Under the pieces are notes generated by a model that was given only the letters and a program-made list of their open reading frames with translations, was not told where the DNA came from and made no database searches. The translations under genes and the position numbers were made by a program. From the NCBI RefSeq assembly GCF_006345805.1, contig NC_043019.1:16057360-16121359 (forward strand): 64,000 nucleotides of DNA, in the 5' to 3' direction. Below are positions 13,496-25,380 of the stretch, in pieces. The number at the start of each line of letters is the position of its first letter. Within the stretch, counting starts at the first letter, position 1. The DNA comes from Octopus sinensis. Taxonomy: Eukaryota.

Positions 13496-13989
13496 CCATG
13501 ATGTTAACAAGTGCCATAGGATTATTCCATGGCAAGTGCCATCTGCTGCAGCGCCTCGAACTTCTTCCAGGTGAGTCGGTTCCATTCAAGAAACTCTTCC
13601 AAGAATCGCGCACCTACAGTCACGGATGGTCTTTCGTCCTCGCCTGGATATGTGTCGTTCTCTGCCTTGTCAACTCCTTCGTCTGGCTAAACAAGGGACA
13701 AAATAGCGGTTACCTCCCTTACCGAGGTGGTTTCGGTTACGGAGCCGATAAGTACCAATATACACCGCCTTTAGTACCAAAGTCGGTGATAAAACGACGC
13801 GAAAGTATTCATCGATTCCTCTCCAGGGAGACCATCGCCTCGTTGTTGTATCGAACGAAATCTGTGTCCGACCAAAGAAAAGATCATTCCAACAGCAGCA
13901 TAAACACAGACGACAAACGGTTTTATCCTGAAAGTTATGCCATGTCAGATGACAGAGCTCTTATCAGCAGCTCCTCCTGTGACCTTTAG
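13496..13989 (+). CDS. Terminal coding exon of the PMP22/claudin-like protein (TM3, loop, TM4, cytoplasmic tail)
   Basis: Acceptor tttcctgtctttgtag at 13495. Encodes AMMLTSAIGLF..RTYSHGWSFVLAWICVVLCLVNSFVWL (the claudin/PMP22 YGWSFxLAW motif) and a ~95-aa tail ending in SSSCDL*. Confidence 0.85.
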
Positions 13990-14458
13990 AATGCATTGGA
14001 ATCAATCGTCGTTATCTTCTTGTTCTCTATTATTCCTTTGTTTGTTGGGTTGAAGCTCTAAACTTTCAGCTCGAAAAGCAACAACACAAACAAGCAAAAA
14101 CAACAGAAGTTACTGGAAGGTTTTGCTGGAGAGGTTCCTTGCTGGAAAAAAAAAAGCAACGAAAAGGTCAGGCCTTTGATAAGAACTCTGATAATTGTTT
14201 CTAATTTTGGCACAAGGCTAGCAAATTTTTGAGTGGAAAAAGGGTCAGTCAACACCATTAACCTCAATACTTAACCGGTGCTTAAGTATCACTGTTATCT
14301 AATCCCGTTTGAATGAACGGACGAAGAATGGAGAGAAAAAAAAAACGAAAGTACAATAAAGCACAGAATTATTAAAACCAGATATAATTTACAGGAAATA
14401 AATCACGAAAGATTACTGGTTAGTTTCAGTTAGGGCACTCCACAACACTGTTCTCAAA

Positions 14459-14795
14459 AAACATTTCTCAAATTGTGTGCGAATGCAACCGAATGCACCA
14501 GTAAGCACTTTTTGATATATAATCGGTGTGAGAGAAAACTATTCGGAGTTGGCTCTTTTAAGTTCGTTGTTCTCTTAAACATTTCTCAAATTGTGTACGA
14601 GTGCAACCAAATGCACCAGTAAGCACTTTTTGAGATATTCGGTGTGAGAGAAAACTATTCGGGGTATGCTCTTTTAAGTTCGTTGTTCTCTTAAACATTT
14701 CTCAAATTGTGTACGAGTGCAACGAAATGCACCTCAAAGCACCTTTTGGGATATTTGGTGCGGAAAAAAACATATTGGGGGTATGCTCTTAACAC
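14459..14795. repeat. ~118-bp unit in three tandem copies, downstream of the claudin-like stop
   Basis: AAACATTTCTCAAATTGTGT.CGA.TGCAAC recurs at ~14459, ~14578 and ~14694. Confidence 0.85.
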
Positions 14796-15250
14796 TCTAT
14801 TGTCAGTTTTATTTTTGCTAGCAATCTATTTTCTGTATATTGTTTATATTCTGAATCTCACTTCTTTGTGTATCATTCTAACATTTTTTTCCGAAAGTGT
14901 GTGGCACAACGGATGCGTGGTTTTGTTTGTTCTTTCTTTGCTTTTTGGAGACGGTGAATCTTAGTTCTTCGTCGTCTTCTGCATTTTTCGCTATTTTCTC
15001 GCTGCGTTGAAGAAATTCTTTCTTCTCGTCTGTATTCATGATTAATCTTCTTTCTTATTGATATCGAGATTTCGTTGAATTTCATCTGCAACTATTATTC
15101 CTTCCTCGTCGCAACATGATGGAGCACTATTGTCGGTAGGTACGATTAGGGAACGAGATATCTGTTAATCTATTTCTGATACTAAGCATAAAGGAATTCC
15201 TTTCGCCAACCCCAAGTTTGGGCTGATGGTGGTATGGAACCGGGAATGTA

Positions 15251-15762
15251 CCGTAAATCCTCGAGTATAATCCGCATTTTCCCCCCAAAATTTAAAGGTC
15301 AAAATCCCTAGTGCGTACTATATACGAGGTTAAAAATGAAAATTATTTTCTGAGCAATGTCCGAGTCTCTATTTGCTGTCCGGCAATGTTTATTCAGACG
15401 AATTTTGTGATGTTGGGCGCGAAAATACCTTAAGCTAAGCCTGAAAGCAATGAAGTCATAAAAGAATCATCCATAACTTACAGTAAGCAACATTTATTAA
15501 ACGTTATTACTGTTATTTCTTTATTTTCTGCAAACAAAATGCATAAAAAAGCTACACGTTTGCATTATGTTATATATACAATAATAATAAAGGACGTTAC
15601 CGTATACAGATTTACAAATCAAGGACGTTATATAGACCTCCTTGACTCAAGTTAGAGAAGGGGCGCGTATTATACACAAGGTTTAGGTTTTCCAGAGGTA
15701 CAGCCCCCTAAAAATCCCCTGCGTATTACACTCAAGGGCGGACTATACTCGAGGAGTTCCGG
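15251..15762. mobile_element. Tc2/pogo-like MITE with TA target-site duplication
   Basis: TA|CCGTAAATCCTCGAGTATAATCCGC ... GCGGACTATACTCGAGGAGTTCCGG|TA. A second right end lies at 45350-45433. Confidence 0.8.
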
Positions 15763-16229
15763 TATTCTTTTTTTTTTTTTTTTGCCGTTTTAGTATATTT
15801 CTCTTTCTTCGCTTCTTTTCTTTAGTTTTTCCAGCTCTTTAAAATAATAAAAAGGCTGAAGAATCGGCAGGAGAATGACATCCGGCATTCTGCAATAATT
15901 CTAAAGATGATTCCTGAGATTTGAGATTTGTTGTCACCAAACTTCAAGACAGCTCTCTTCTTAACAAAACTGACGTGTAATAGCTTTTGTATAATAATAA
16001 TGACGGTGATGACGAAGGTGATGACAACTATGATGATGATGAATAGGAGGGGGAGATGGTGGTGGTGGTGGTGGTTTCCAACATGGACGCAGGGTTTCAA
16101 ATTTTAAGATGCGCTGTATCGATCTCAGAAGACGGAATAAGAAAAATAGATTTCTAATTTACCCGTGGGGGTTTAATTCGAACCGACATGCCACTCGGTA
16201 GCACTGCTAGGCCAAGGATTTCAGAGGGG

Positions 16230-16400
16230 CGGAGGTACTAGTCAATTACATCGACCCCAGTGTTTCATTGTTACTTAATTTATCGATCCCGAAAGGATGA
16301 AAGACGAAGTCGACCTCGGTGGAATTTGAACTCAGAACATGACGGACGAAATGCCGTTAAGCATTTCGCCCGGCGTGATAACGATTCTAGCTCGCTGCCT
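16230..16400 (-). mobile_element. SINE, family 2
   Basis: GAAAGGATGAAAG..AAGTCGACCTCGG.GGAATTTGAACTCAGAAC core, repeated more than 8 times in the window. Confidence 0.75.
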
Positions 16401-16409
16401 TAATAACAA

Positions 16410-17025
16410 CAACTTTTATTTGCCACAGAAGCATCAGATGAGGGTTAAAAAGGGAGAAGAGAAGGAATGAGTTAAAAGTATATATAGCAAGCGAAATATG
16501 TGATCAGGCCTATGAAGCAGTCCTGATGATTTTAAGACAATCTCCTACAGGAGCCAATGAAGGAACCCCACAAGTCAAGGATTGCCCTGAACACCAAAAG
16601 CACAAGCTCTCGTCCACGTGTTATTCCCTAATTTACAGACGCATGCCTAGCGCAGGGCCATTCGCTCTAATCAGATTTGTCAGTCATACACCTGTTGACA
16701 AATTCTCGCTGCTTCTTCTTTCCACGTGGAACATGAAGTTAATAAGGGCTTGCCCCAAAAGAAAATGCGCCTGTTCTCAGTCTTTTCAGCCTCGTCCATC
16801 AAACACCCATTCTTGCTATTGCTGCTAGACAGCGAAACACTTCCTGCATTGCCATGTGAAAGGTTGATGGTGGGGCAATCCTCATAGTGGACTCGGCCGA
16901 TGGTCGGGTTTGTTCTATACACAGCAACAGCTGTTCAGCGATACTCAGACACTGCGCGAGTGCATGCAGAACGGTTTTAATCGCTCCGCGCGCATCTCGG
17001 GCAGTGCCGCACGACGGCACTTATT
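16410..17025 (-). mobile_element. 3' end of an L1/Tx1-like LINE (zf-RVT-like C-terminus and 3' UTR)
   Basis: The minus strand gives PSCG..KTVLHALAQCLSI (CxxC..ETxxHAL..C-like motif), and AATAAA lies near 16415. Confidence 0.45.
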
Positions 17026-17254
17026 TACCTGTGGGGTTTATCTCGAACCGACATACCACTCGGTAGCACTGCTAGGCCAAGCATTTCAGAAATTTAATTA
17101 TGGTAAACCCCAGCCCGAAAGCCCTCCGAAACTGACCACCTATTTCGTCCACTTCAACCACAAGAGTTTCAATAATAATAATAATAATAATAATAATCTT
17201 TTCTACTACAGGCACAAGCCCTGAAGTTTGAGAGGATATCTAGGCGATCACATT

Positions 17255-17410
17255 GACCCAAGTACTTCCCTGGTACTTATTTTATCGATCTCGAAAGGAT
17301 GAAAGGCAAAATCGATCTCGGCGGAATTCGAGCTTAGAACGTAAAGACGGACGAAATACCCGCTAAGCATTTTTCCCGGCGTGCTAACGATTCCGCCAGT
17401 TCGCTGCCTT
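17255..17410 (-). mobile_element. SINE, family 2
   Basis: Same core as 16230. Confidence 0.75.
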
Positions 17411-17693
17411 AATAATAACAATAATAATAATAATAACAACCTGTTATGTATTGAGGTAGATGAAGGTGACAAAGTCCCTTCCCTCCACATTTTGTCGTCT
17501 TGTGCCAATATCAAAATCCATTATCATAAAGACAGTCGTATCACTGAAGACTGTGTTTTTTTTTTGTCTTTTTTACCATTTCGATTTCTCCAAATTCTTG
17601 GTATTGATGTCTATAAATTCCACTCAATTCAAGACCATTCTTTCATTATATTTCGGGGTACATAAATAATTCCAAAACAGAAAGAAAAAAAAA

Positions 17694-17728
<35 letters not shown>

Positions 17729-18398
17729 CAACCCCATTTTTTTTAAAGGTATTTGAAGAAAAAAATTTGCCTGCAGAAGCAATCATTAAAATTAAAACAG
17801 CATATATATTTGATTTTTAATTTATTATTATTTTTTTTTTTCAATTTCTTTCTGAACATGCAAATGACCTTGCAAAGTAAACTTTACTAAATTTTCATCG
17901 ATTCTTATATTAAATCTTTTCATCTAAAGTTTTAATCGAAAGCAAGAAAAACAAACAAAAAATAGAAAACTTAAAGCAAAAAGAAGAAAAAAAAAAAGAA
18001 ACGAAAATGCAAAAAGAAACAAAGAATTATTTCAGTAACAGCTACTCGGTGCCTTTAATTTGACAATCCTCGTAAAAATACAGCTTCCGGTCATCGGAAT
18101 ATACTTCCGGTAAGCTTAATCACAATAAATCCGTTTTGTCTAATATGACTTTTACGTTCGGAAAAAAAAACAAGAACAAATAAACAAATAACGAAAAATA
18201 AAAACAAAAACAACAGAAATAATTCGAGGATTTATAAAAAAAATTTTTTTTCTTTTACATTTCTTTTTTACTTTGTATATTGTTAATTTTATTTATTGTT
18301 ATTTTCTTAATAAAAATTTTTGAAAATATATATAAACAATATTTATTCTGCTTCTTTTTTTTACCTTTTTGTCCTTTTCTTGTCTTGCACACATACAT

Positions 18399-18429
<31 letters not shown>

Positions 18430-18594
18430 TACATACACATACATACATACACATATACATACAAACACACACACACACATATATATATAGATATACACAC
18501 ACAAACATACATATGCATACATACACAGATATATATATATATACATACATACACACACCACATACATACGTACATATATATATATATATACATC

Positions 18595-18810
18595 ATACAC
18601 AGACACACATACATATATACGTATAGTAAATACCCCCCCCCCCCAAAAAAAAAAGAAACAAAGAACAAACAACAATGTGAGGACGTGGTAAGTGCAAAGT
18701 ATTAGCAGACGCTCAGGGAAGGAAAGCAGAAACCTATCAAAGAGCTGCCGAAGTGAAAGTAACATCAATTCCGACGCACCAGCCTGGTCGCACCCACCGA
18801 CTACAACATG
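18595..18810. repeat. ~220-bp segment duplicated at 20182-20400
   Basis: ACAATGTGAGGACGTGGTAA..CACCCACCGACTACAACA is present at both sites. Confidence 0.85.
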
Positions 18811-18825
18811 AGTAAATAACAAAGT

Positions 18826-19610
18826 ACGCGCAAGCATGGCTGTGTGGTAAGAAGCTGACAGAAACGATAGCACGCCGGGCGAAATGCTTAGCGGGTATTT
18901 CGTCTGCCGCTACGTTCTGAGTTCAAATTCCGCCGAGGTGGACTTTGCCTTTCATCCTTTCAGGGTCAATAAATTAAGTACCTATTTCTTTACTACCCAC
19001 AAGGGGCTAAACATAGAGGGGTCAAACAAGGACAGACAGACGGATTAAGTCGATTGTATGGACCCCAGTGCGTAACTGCTGCTTAATTTATCGACCCCGA
19101 AAGGATGAAAGGCAAAGTCGACCTCGGCGGAATTTGAACTCAGAACGTAGCGGCAGACGAAATACGGCTAAGCATTTCGCCCGGCGTGCTAACGTCTCTG
19201 CCAGCTCGCCGCCCTACCAATTACGCACTGGGGTCGATGTAATCGACTTAATCTGTCTGTCTGTCCTTGTTTGTCCCCTCTATGTTTAGCCCCTTGCGGG
19301 CAATAACGAAATAAGAAGCTTGCTTACCAACCACATGGTTCCGAGTTCAGTCCCGCTACATGTCACCTTGGGTAAGCGTCTTACTATAAGCCTCGGACCG
19401 ACCAAAGCATTGAGTGGATTTGGTAGACGGAAACTGGAGGAAGCCCATCGTACGTGTGTGTGCGCGTGCGTGCGTCATTGTGTCTCTGTCCTCCAGCGCT
19501 TGACAACGGATACCGGCGTGTTTACGGTAGAATAAGCACTGGGCTTGATTCATTCTTCAACGCGGTGCTCCAGCATGACCGCAGTCTCACGACAGAAATA
19601 AGTGGGAGAT
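18826..19610. mobile_element. Cluster of SINEs: family 2 in both orientations, family 1 on the plus strand
   Basis: Family 2 core at 18860-18985 (+) and 19070-19215 (-); family 1 body at 19315-19600. Confidence 0.75.
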
Positions 19611-20009
19611 AAAAAGCTTGTAAACATTTCACTAAAGCACGAAATGATTTTCAAGTTTTAGAAGTTATCTCCCTTGTTTCAATGTAAGGGAGACAATCAA
19701 GATACATTTTTTTTTTCTGCGAAGTAAAATTGGAGATGGAAATATCTTTGTACTTAAAGCAATGAATTGGTTATGTTGCCTGTGTCATCAATGTGTTAGT
19801 CACGGATGGATAAGAGAGGAAAAAAGAAAACAAAACATTGAAACTATATAAAACACGTTTTCGTTTTGTAGTTTTTTCATCTTCTTTAATGGTTTTCTGA
19901 GAAAGCAAAAACCAAATGTTGATAAAGAAGCAACCTGTCTGATTGACAGAAAAAAATATTGCCATCTTTCGATTTAGGCACATATAATGGTCTACTACAA
20001 AATGAAGGA

Positions 20010-20137
20010 AAATAACTGGTACTTATTTCATCAACCCCGAAAGGATGAAAGGTAAAGTAGACTTTGGTGGAATTTGAACTCAGAACATAGTGAAGTACCA
20101 CTAAGCATTTCGTCTAGTGTGCTAACGATCCTGCCAG
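20010..20137 (-). mobile_element. SINE, family 2
   Basis: Same core as 16230. Confidence 0.7.
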
Positions 20138-20148
20138 CATACATACAT

Positions 20149-20180
<32 letters not shown>

Positions 20181-20404
20181 CATACAGACACACATACATA
20201 TATACGTATAGTAAATCCCCCCCACCAAAAAAAAAACAAAGAACACAACAAAAAGAAAACAACAATGTGAGGACGTGGTAAATGCAAAGTATTAGCAGAC
20301 GCTCAGGGACGGAAAGCAGAAACCAATCAAAGAGCTGCCGAAGTGAAAGTAACATCAATTCCAATGCACCAGCCTGGCCGTACCCACCGACTACAACAAG
20401 AGCC

Positions 20405-21432
20405 TTAATTCAATTTCAGAGTGTTTGGGTGTCAGGATTCAGAGAGAATTGGATGAGTTTAATGGTGATTACGAAAATATGTCAGCTCAGAAAACAATTC
20501 TGATAAGAACTAAAATTGTTGGTGAGATCCATTCCCTGATTGACAACAATCCCTTCAAACCAATCAAATCCATCACCAGGGACATAGGAGTGTCTGAGTT
20601 TCTTATCAGGCAGGTAGTGCATGAAGACATTCGGTATTCCTCATACAAGATGGAAAAGGGTCAGTTTTTATCCCAAGCCATCAAGGACAAGAGGAAAGAC
20701 TGCACTACAAAGATTCTGAACACACTCAAGCATCTCCTCCAACCAAACATGATTTGGATTTCTGAGATGAGAAAAATTTCTGCCAGGATCAGATGGTGAA
20801 CACACAGAATGACCGTTGGCTTGCCGTGTCCCCAAAATATGTACCGAGAGTGATAAAAATCAAACATCCAGTCATCATGGTGTTTAGAGTGGATCACTAG
20901 TGATGGTGACATTATGCCTCTGTTCATCTTCCCACACAGCTTCAGACTCAACAAAGAGGCCTACATCAAATGCCTGGAAGAGGTAGTGCTGCTCTGGGTC
21001 AAGAGGGTGACTTCTGGAAGACTATGTCTAGCAACAGGACTCTGCATCATGCCACACAGGAGAATCTAGTCATTTCTGTCAGACAATTTCCGCAACCACA
21101 TCACCCCTAACATCTGGCCATCTAACTCTCCAGACTACAACCCCCTTGATTATTATGTATGAGGTGCAGTTAACAAAACTCCTTGTAACACCAAAGATGA
21201 ACTGAAGGCAAATATTATGGCAGCATTTACCAATTTAAACAAGGAGACTGTCCAGAAGAGTCGCAGGAGATTCCAAAATCGTCTGGAGGCCGTGGTAAAA
21301 GCCAATGGCTATTTTATTGAATAAATTTACTCTTTAGTATTTCAAGACATTCTGATGCAATTCTGATAAATATATGTTAAAATGAGACGTCATTTTGCAT
21401 CATTTAGACAACAGTTTATTCACCACTCCCCG
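20405..21432 (+). mobile_element. Degenerate Tc1/mariner transposon, maT (DD37D)-like
   Basis: Frameshifted transposase with W(I)SDEKNF, QQDSASCH and WPSNSPDYNPLDY, ending RLEAVVKANGYFIE*. The right end is CCCCG|TA. Confidence 0.75.
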
Positions 21433-21515
21433 TATATATGTGTATATATGAAGGCTACAAATTTTGTGTGACTATTTCTGGTGATACATAAAATGTGTAT
21501 ACACACACACACACA

Positions 21516-21650
21516 TGGGGCTGCTGAAAAGTTCCTGGTTTTAAGGGTGCCTGGTTGGAGGCCCAACCTCCCGTGTTCTTTTACAGGACTTAAGAAAACC
21601 AAAGGACTGCTGCAAAAAGCATGTGAATGAGAGGGGAATATGTTGAATGA
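21516..21650 (+). mobile_element. Mariner-derived non-autonomous fragment
   Basis: GCTGAAAAGTTCC..GAGAGGGGAATATGTTGAAT, shared with the end of the 22243 mariner and with 49510-49680. Confidence 0.55.
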
Positions 21651-22242
21651 TGTATGTCTTCCATGCTGGCATGGGTTGGACGGCTTGACATGGAGCTATC
21701 TAGACACCGACTATCAAGGTTTTGGCTTGGTTTCTACAGCTGAATACCCTTCCTAATGCCAACCACTTAACAGAGTGTACTGGGTGCATTTTATGTGCCA
21801 CTGGCACAGTTGCACCGACACAATTCTGAAAGGACAAACCTATATGTATGAAGGACAGCAATTGTACATAGCTTGACACATTTTATCAAGTACAGTAAAT
21901 TGCTACATCACCTGGTCCCTTATTTCCTCATTATTATCAATTGTTTGACTGCTAAGTAGTAAAGGAAGAAAGTCTTAAAAGTGGTTTTATTGCTGTGTCC
22001 ATTCCTTGGACCCAGAGATCCGAGTGTAGGAAGTTAGTAAGTGTAGAAAGTTAGGAAGTGTATAAGGTGGTACTGAGAGGTACCTCGCTTTTAGAGTATC
22101 ATGAAAGGGTAAAGCTGTTACCTTTATTGGAAAGATAGGACACTATTTAGAAAATATGCCAAAAAAATCATAAAGGTATACAATATATGTTCCTCTTTTT
22201 GGCACAATCAATGCATGGCAGTTCCTACAATAAATTTTGGTA

Positions 22243-23284
22243 AAATTGTAGCATAGGCGATCGTGAAGTTCCTCATTTTGCACTGCAAAGGAGCAGTGGA
22301 AATTCATGGAGAGATGAAGGAAGTCTTGAAGGATGGCTGCCCATCTTACTCCACAGTGAAAAGTTGGTTGTCAGTGACAGGTCACTTCGATGTCACAGAC
22401 GAACCCTGGTCAGAACAGCCAACTTCCATGACCACAGAAGACAAAAGCTGACACTGTGCACATCATGATTCTCAAGGACCATCGGATTTCAGCGAAATTC
22501 ATTGCTGAGACTCTGGAGATTTCCTGCAAAAGGGTCGGCCACATTCTGGACCTGAGAAAGCTTTCCACAAAATGGATGCCAAAATGCCTGAATGCAAAGC
22601 AGAAGTGCATCAGAGTTACGACATTTTTGGACTGGTTTGCAGAGGGAGAGGTTGATTTTATGGCTCGTTTAGTTACCATGGATGAAACTTGGCTTCATCA
22701 TTACGATCTCCAGATCAAGAAGCAATCAATGGAGTGGCGCCACAAAGGTTTACCGCGTTCTAAGAAGTCAGCTGGAAAGATTCTGACTCCAGTGTTCTGG
22801 GACAAAGACGGAGAACTCCTCGTAAAATACCTGCCAAAGGATTGCACCATCAATGCAGAATACTACAGGTCTCTGTGGGATGACCTGTATGAAGCTTTGA
22901 AGTAGAAATTCCATGGAAAGCCGAGTCGTGTTGTCCTCTTTATGCCGGAGAGTGCACCAGCACACACAGCTTATGAAACTATATAAAATATGCACTTTAG
23001 CTTCAAATAAGACCACCCGCCATACTCTCCTGACTTGGGCCCCTCTGACGATCACCCCTTTCCACAATTGTAGAAACATAGCAAGGGAACAAAATTTCAG
23101 ATTCAGATGTGATCACCGCTACAGAGCCTTGGTGAAGGCCTGACCATCCGACATCTTTTTTGAAAAACAGGATCACTGCAATAAGGGTGTGAATCTGAGA
23201 GGGGAATATGTTGAATAAAATTATAATTAGCCAATCCTCGTGTATTTTCTTTGACCCAAAGCCAAGAACATTTCAGCACCCCGT
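22243..23284 (+). mobile_element. Degenerate mariner transposon
   Basis: KWMPKCL, LVTMDETWLHHYD and VFWDKDG..YLP..TINAEYY motifs with stops and frameshifts. The right TIR-like end is TTCAGCACCCC. Confidence 0.85.
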
Positions 23285-23559
23285 CATAGGAAATAAGTGT
23301 AGGAAGTTGGTAAGCACTGAGCATGCAAGCAGTTAGGACAGATGACAAATGGCAGACATTGAATGATAAAATGATTTTAATAACATTTTAAGTTGCTTCA
23401 TTGAATATTGAAATCCAAGAAATTTCAATAACCTTACAATCACCATAAAAATCATAGCTTAGCAACCAAAGCTGATCAAAAAAATCCAAAACTCCAAGAA
23501 ATGTAACAGGTAAAATATGGATGCGATTGTTTCCTTCCAAGAAGTTGGTTGCATAGAGC

Positions 23560-23915
23560 AATTATGGAGAATTTGAACATTTCCTATCTTACCTCCATTG
23601 ATTGAAGATTTTTCTGCTCCAAGTTTGTCTTTATTGGGTGGAAAATCCCCAAGATCAGATCAGTGGGCCAGGAGTGGAAGTGGAGATTGATGACACTTTT
23701 ATTGTACGGAGAAAATAAAATCGTGAAAGACTTGTGAAAATTATCTGGCCTTTAGGAGGAATCGAACGAGAAACGACCAAGAAATTTTTCATACCTCTTT
23801 CATCGGAATGTCATAAAGAGGAAACATGAAATACCACTACACTCATTCCTTTAATTACTTGCCACATACACCAAGAATCCATAATATTTAGTGATTCTTG
23901 GGATGCATACAATCC
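23560..23915 (+). mobile_element. Degenerate Merlin (IS1595/ISXO2-like) transposase fragment
   Basis: QISGPGVEVEIDDT..RRK..WPLGGIERET and IFSDSWDAYN. Confidence 0.7.
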
Positions 23916-24049
23916 ATTTCAAAATGTAACCACGTGTGTATCGTTGGCAATTTTCTTTTCCTTACTTTTGGACTTTCCTCTATTTCTGAAGAAGAGCTTT
24001 GCTCGAAATGTAAAATCTTCTTTCCTTCCTTTCCTGAGCGTCTGGACTG

Positions 24050-24565
24050 AATTCTGACGCAACACGCAGCTGGAGGAAAGCAAATTCAATGAGCTCATGG
24101 CTGATAAACAGTTGGGGGACAGAACACCCTCGCAATTCCTGCGTCGTTTAAGGGAGTTAAGTGGGAACTCCACAGACACGCCTCTGCTTCGCAAGATATT
24201 TTTCTCCAGGTTGCCTGCCAACGTTCAGACAATTTTGGCCACTGCCCTGGAGTCTAACACTGTGGAACTAATTGCCACGATAGCCGATAAAATCTTGGAA
24301 TTTTCTGACCAACCTTCGTCGCATGTGCACTGAGACCCCTCCAACAGCCTCTTCTCTGACCCATAACTCTTTATCAGATAAGATAAGACGTGCTAACACG
24401 ACACATGGATGAGCTATGCTGAGAAAATGGGCGTCGTTCGCACAGTCGTAGCCACACTGTTTCTCATTCCTCTGGGCAGCGTTCCGGCTTGTGCTGGTAC
24501 CACTTAAAATTTGCCGAGAAGGCAAACAAGTGTATCCAGCCGTGCAATTTCAAAATTTCGTTAAA
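24050..24565 (+). mobile_element. Gypsy LTR-retrotransposon gag fragment (CsRn1/Kabuki-like)
   Basis: LGDRTPSQFLRRLREL..FFSRLPANVQTIL..IADKI, followed by CWYH.KFAEKANKCIQPCNF (CHCC knuckle). Part of it is duplicated at 25087-25197. Confidence 0.75.
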
Positions 24566-24819
24566 CTGAATCTGGAGAAGTTGAGCACGGCAACCAAGTA
24601 CAGTATCACAAGCATTGCACAAGTTTAACAATCAACCATCAGTGATAGAGTTCTTCGTTTTGAAACCAAGAGTTTTACATTGATGGGATTAAAAAGCTTG
24701 TAAATAGATGGAAGGAAGTCATAGATAATCAGGGAAAGTACATTGATGATTAAATTTCAATTAAATATAACATTTGATCACTTGCTTTCTTCATTCAAAA
24801 TTTGAACAGAACTTATGGG

Positions 24820-24965
24820 ATGACTTGACATTAACAAATCAGAGAGGTCTGCACTTAAATGTCTTGAAAATGATAACAATAATCATTGAAAAATCATATA
24901 AAGGGGATGCAATTGTCATAATGGATGCTCAATACTACAGGGATTAGTCGAGGACCAATTAAAGC
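24820..24965 (+). mobile_element. Penelope-like RT fragment
   Basis: With frameshift correction: ERSALKCLENDN.IIIEKSYKGDAIVIMDAQYY, matching the ERxALxxLxxDxxIxIKxADKGxAxVIMD motif. Confidence 0.55.
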
Positions 24966-25380
24966 ACTCAACGTTCTACTGTGAAATAACATCAAACAGA
25001 AACCACCATGAAGAAAGTCAATAACCTGGTTTCAAAACACTATAACTTTTCCCTTTGCTCTGTGACAGGCGTTTCAAACAAACATGATATTTTTCTCCAG
25101 GTTGCCTGCCAACGTTCAGACAATTTTGGCCACTGCCCTGGAGTCTAACACTGTAGACCAATTGCCACGATGGCCGATAAAATCTTGGAATTTTCTGATT
25201 GGCTGAAAATTCTGAAATTTATCAAACTGAACTCCCGTAACAGTTTCACAAAATTTTTCTGGAATAAATGAACAACAAATTCAGATTCAGAGTCAAAAAT
25301 TATATTCTGTATGATACACAAAGAAACTTTTTTTGGCCATTTCCACTTGCAGTGACGAAAACGACAAAAATCAAAATGCT

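Noticed and set aside
18080-18115. Two CTTCCGGT (ETS-like) motifs suggesting a promoter
   Set aside because: No adjacent gene or exon was identified; short motifs alone are insufficient.
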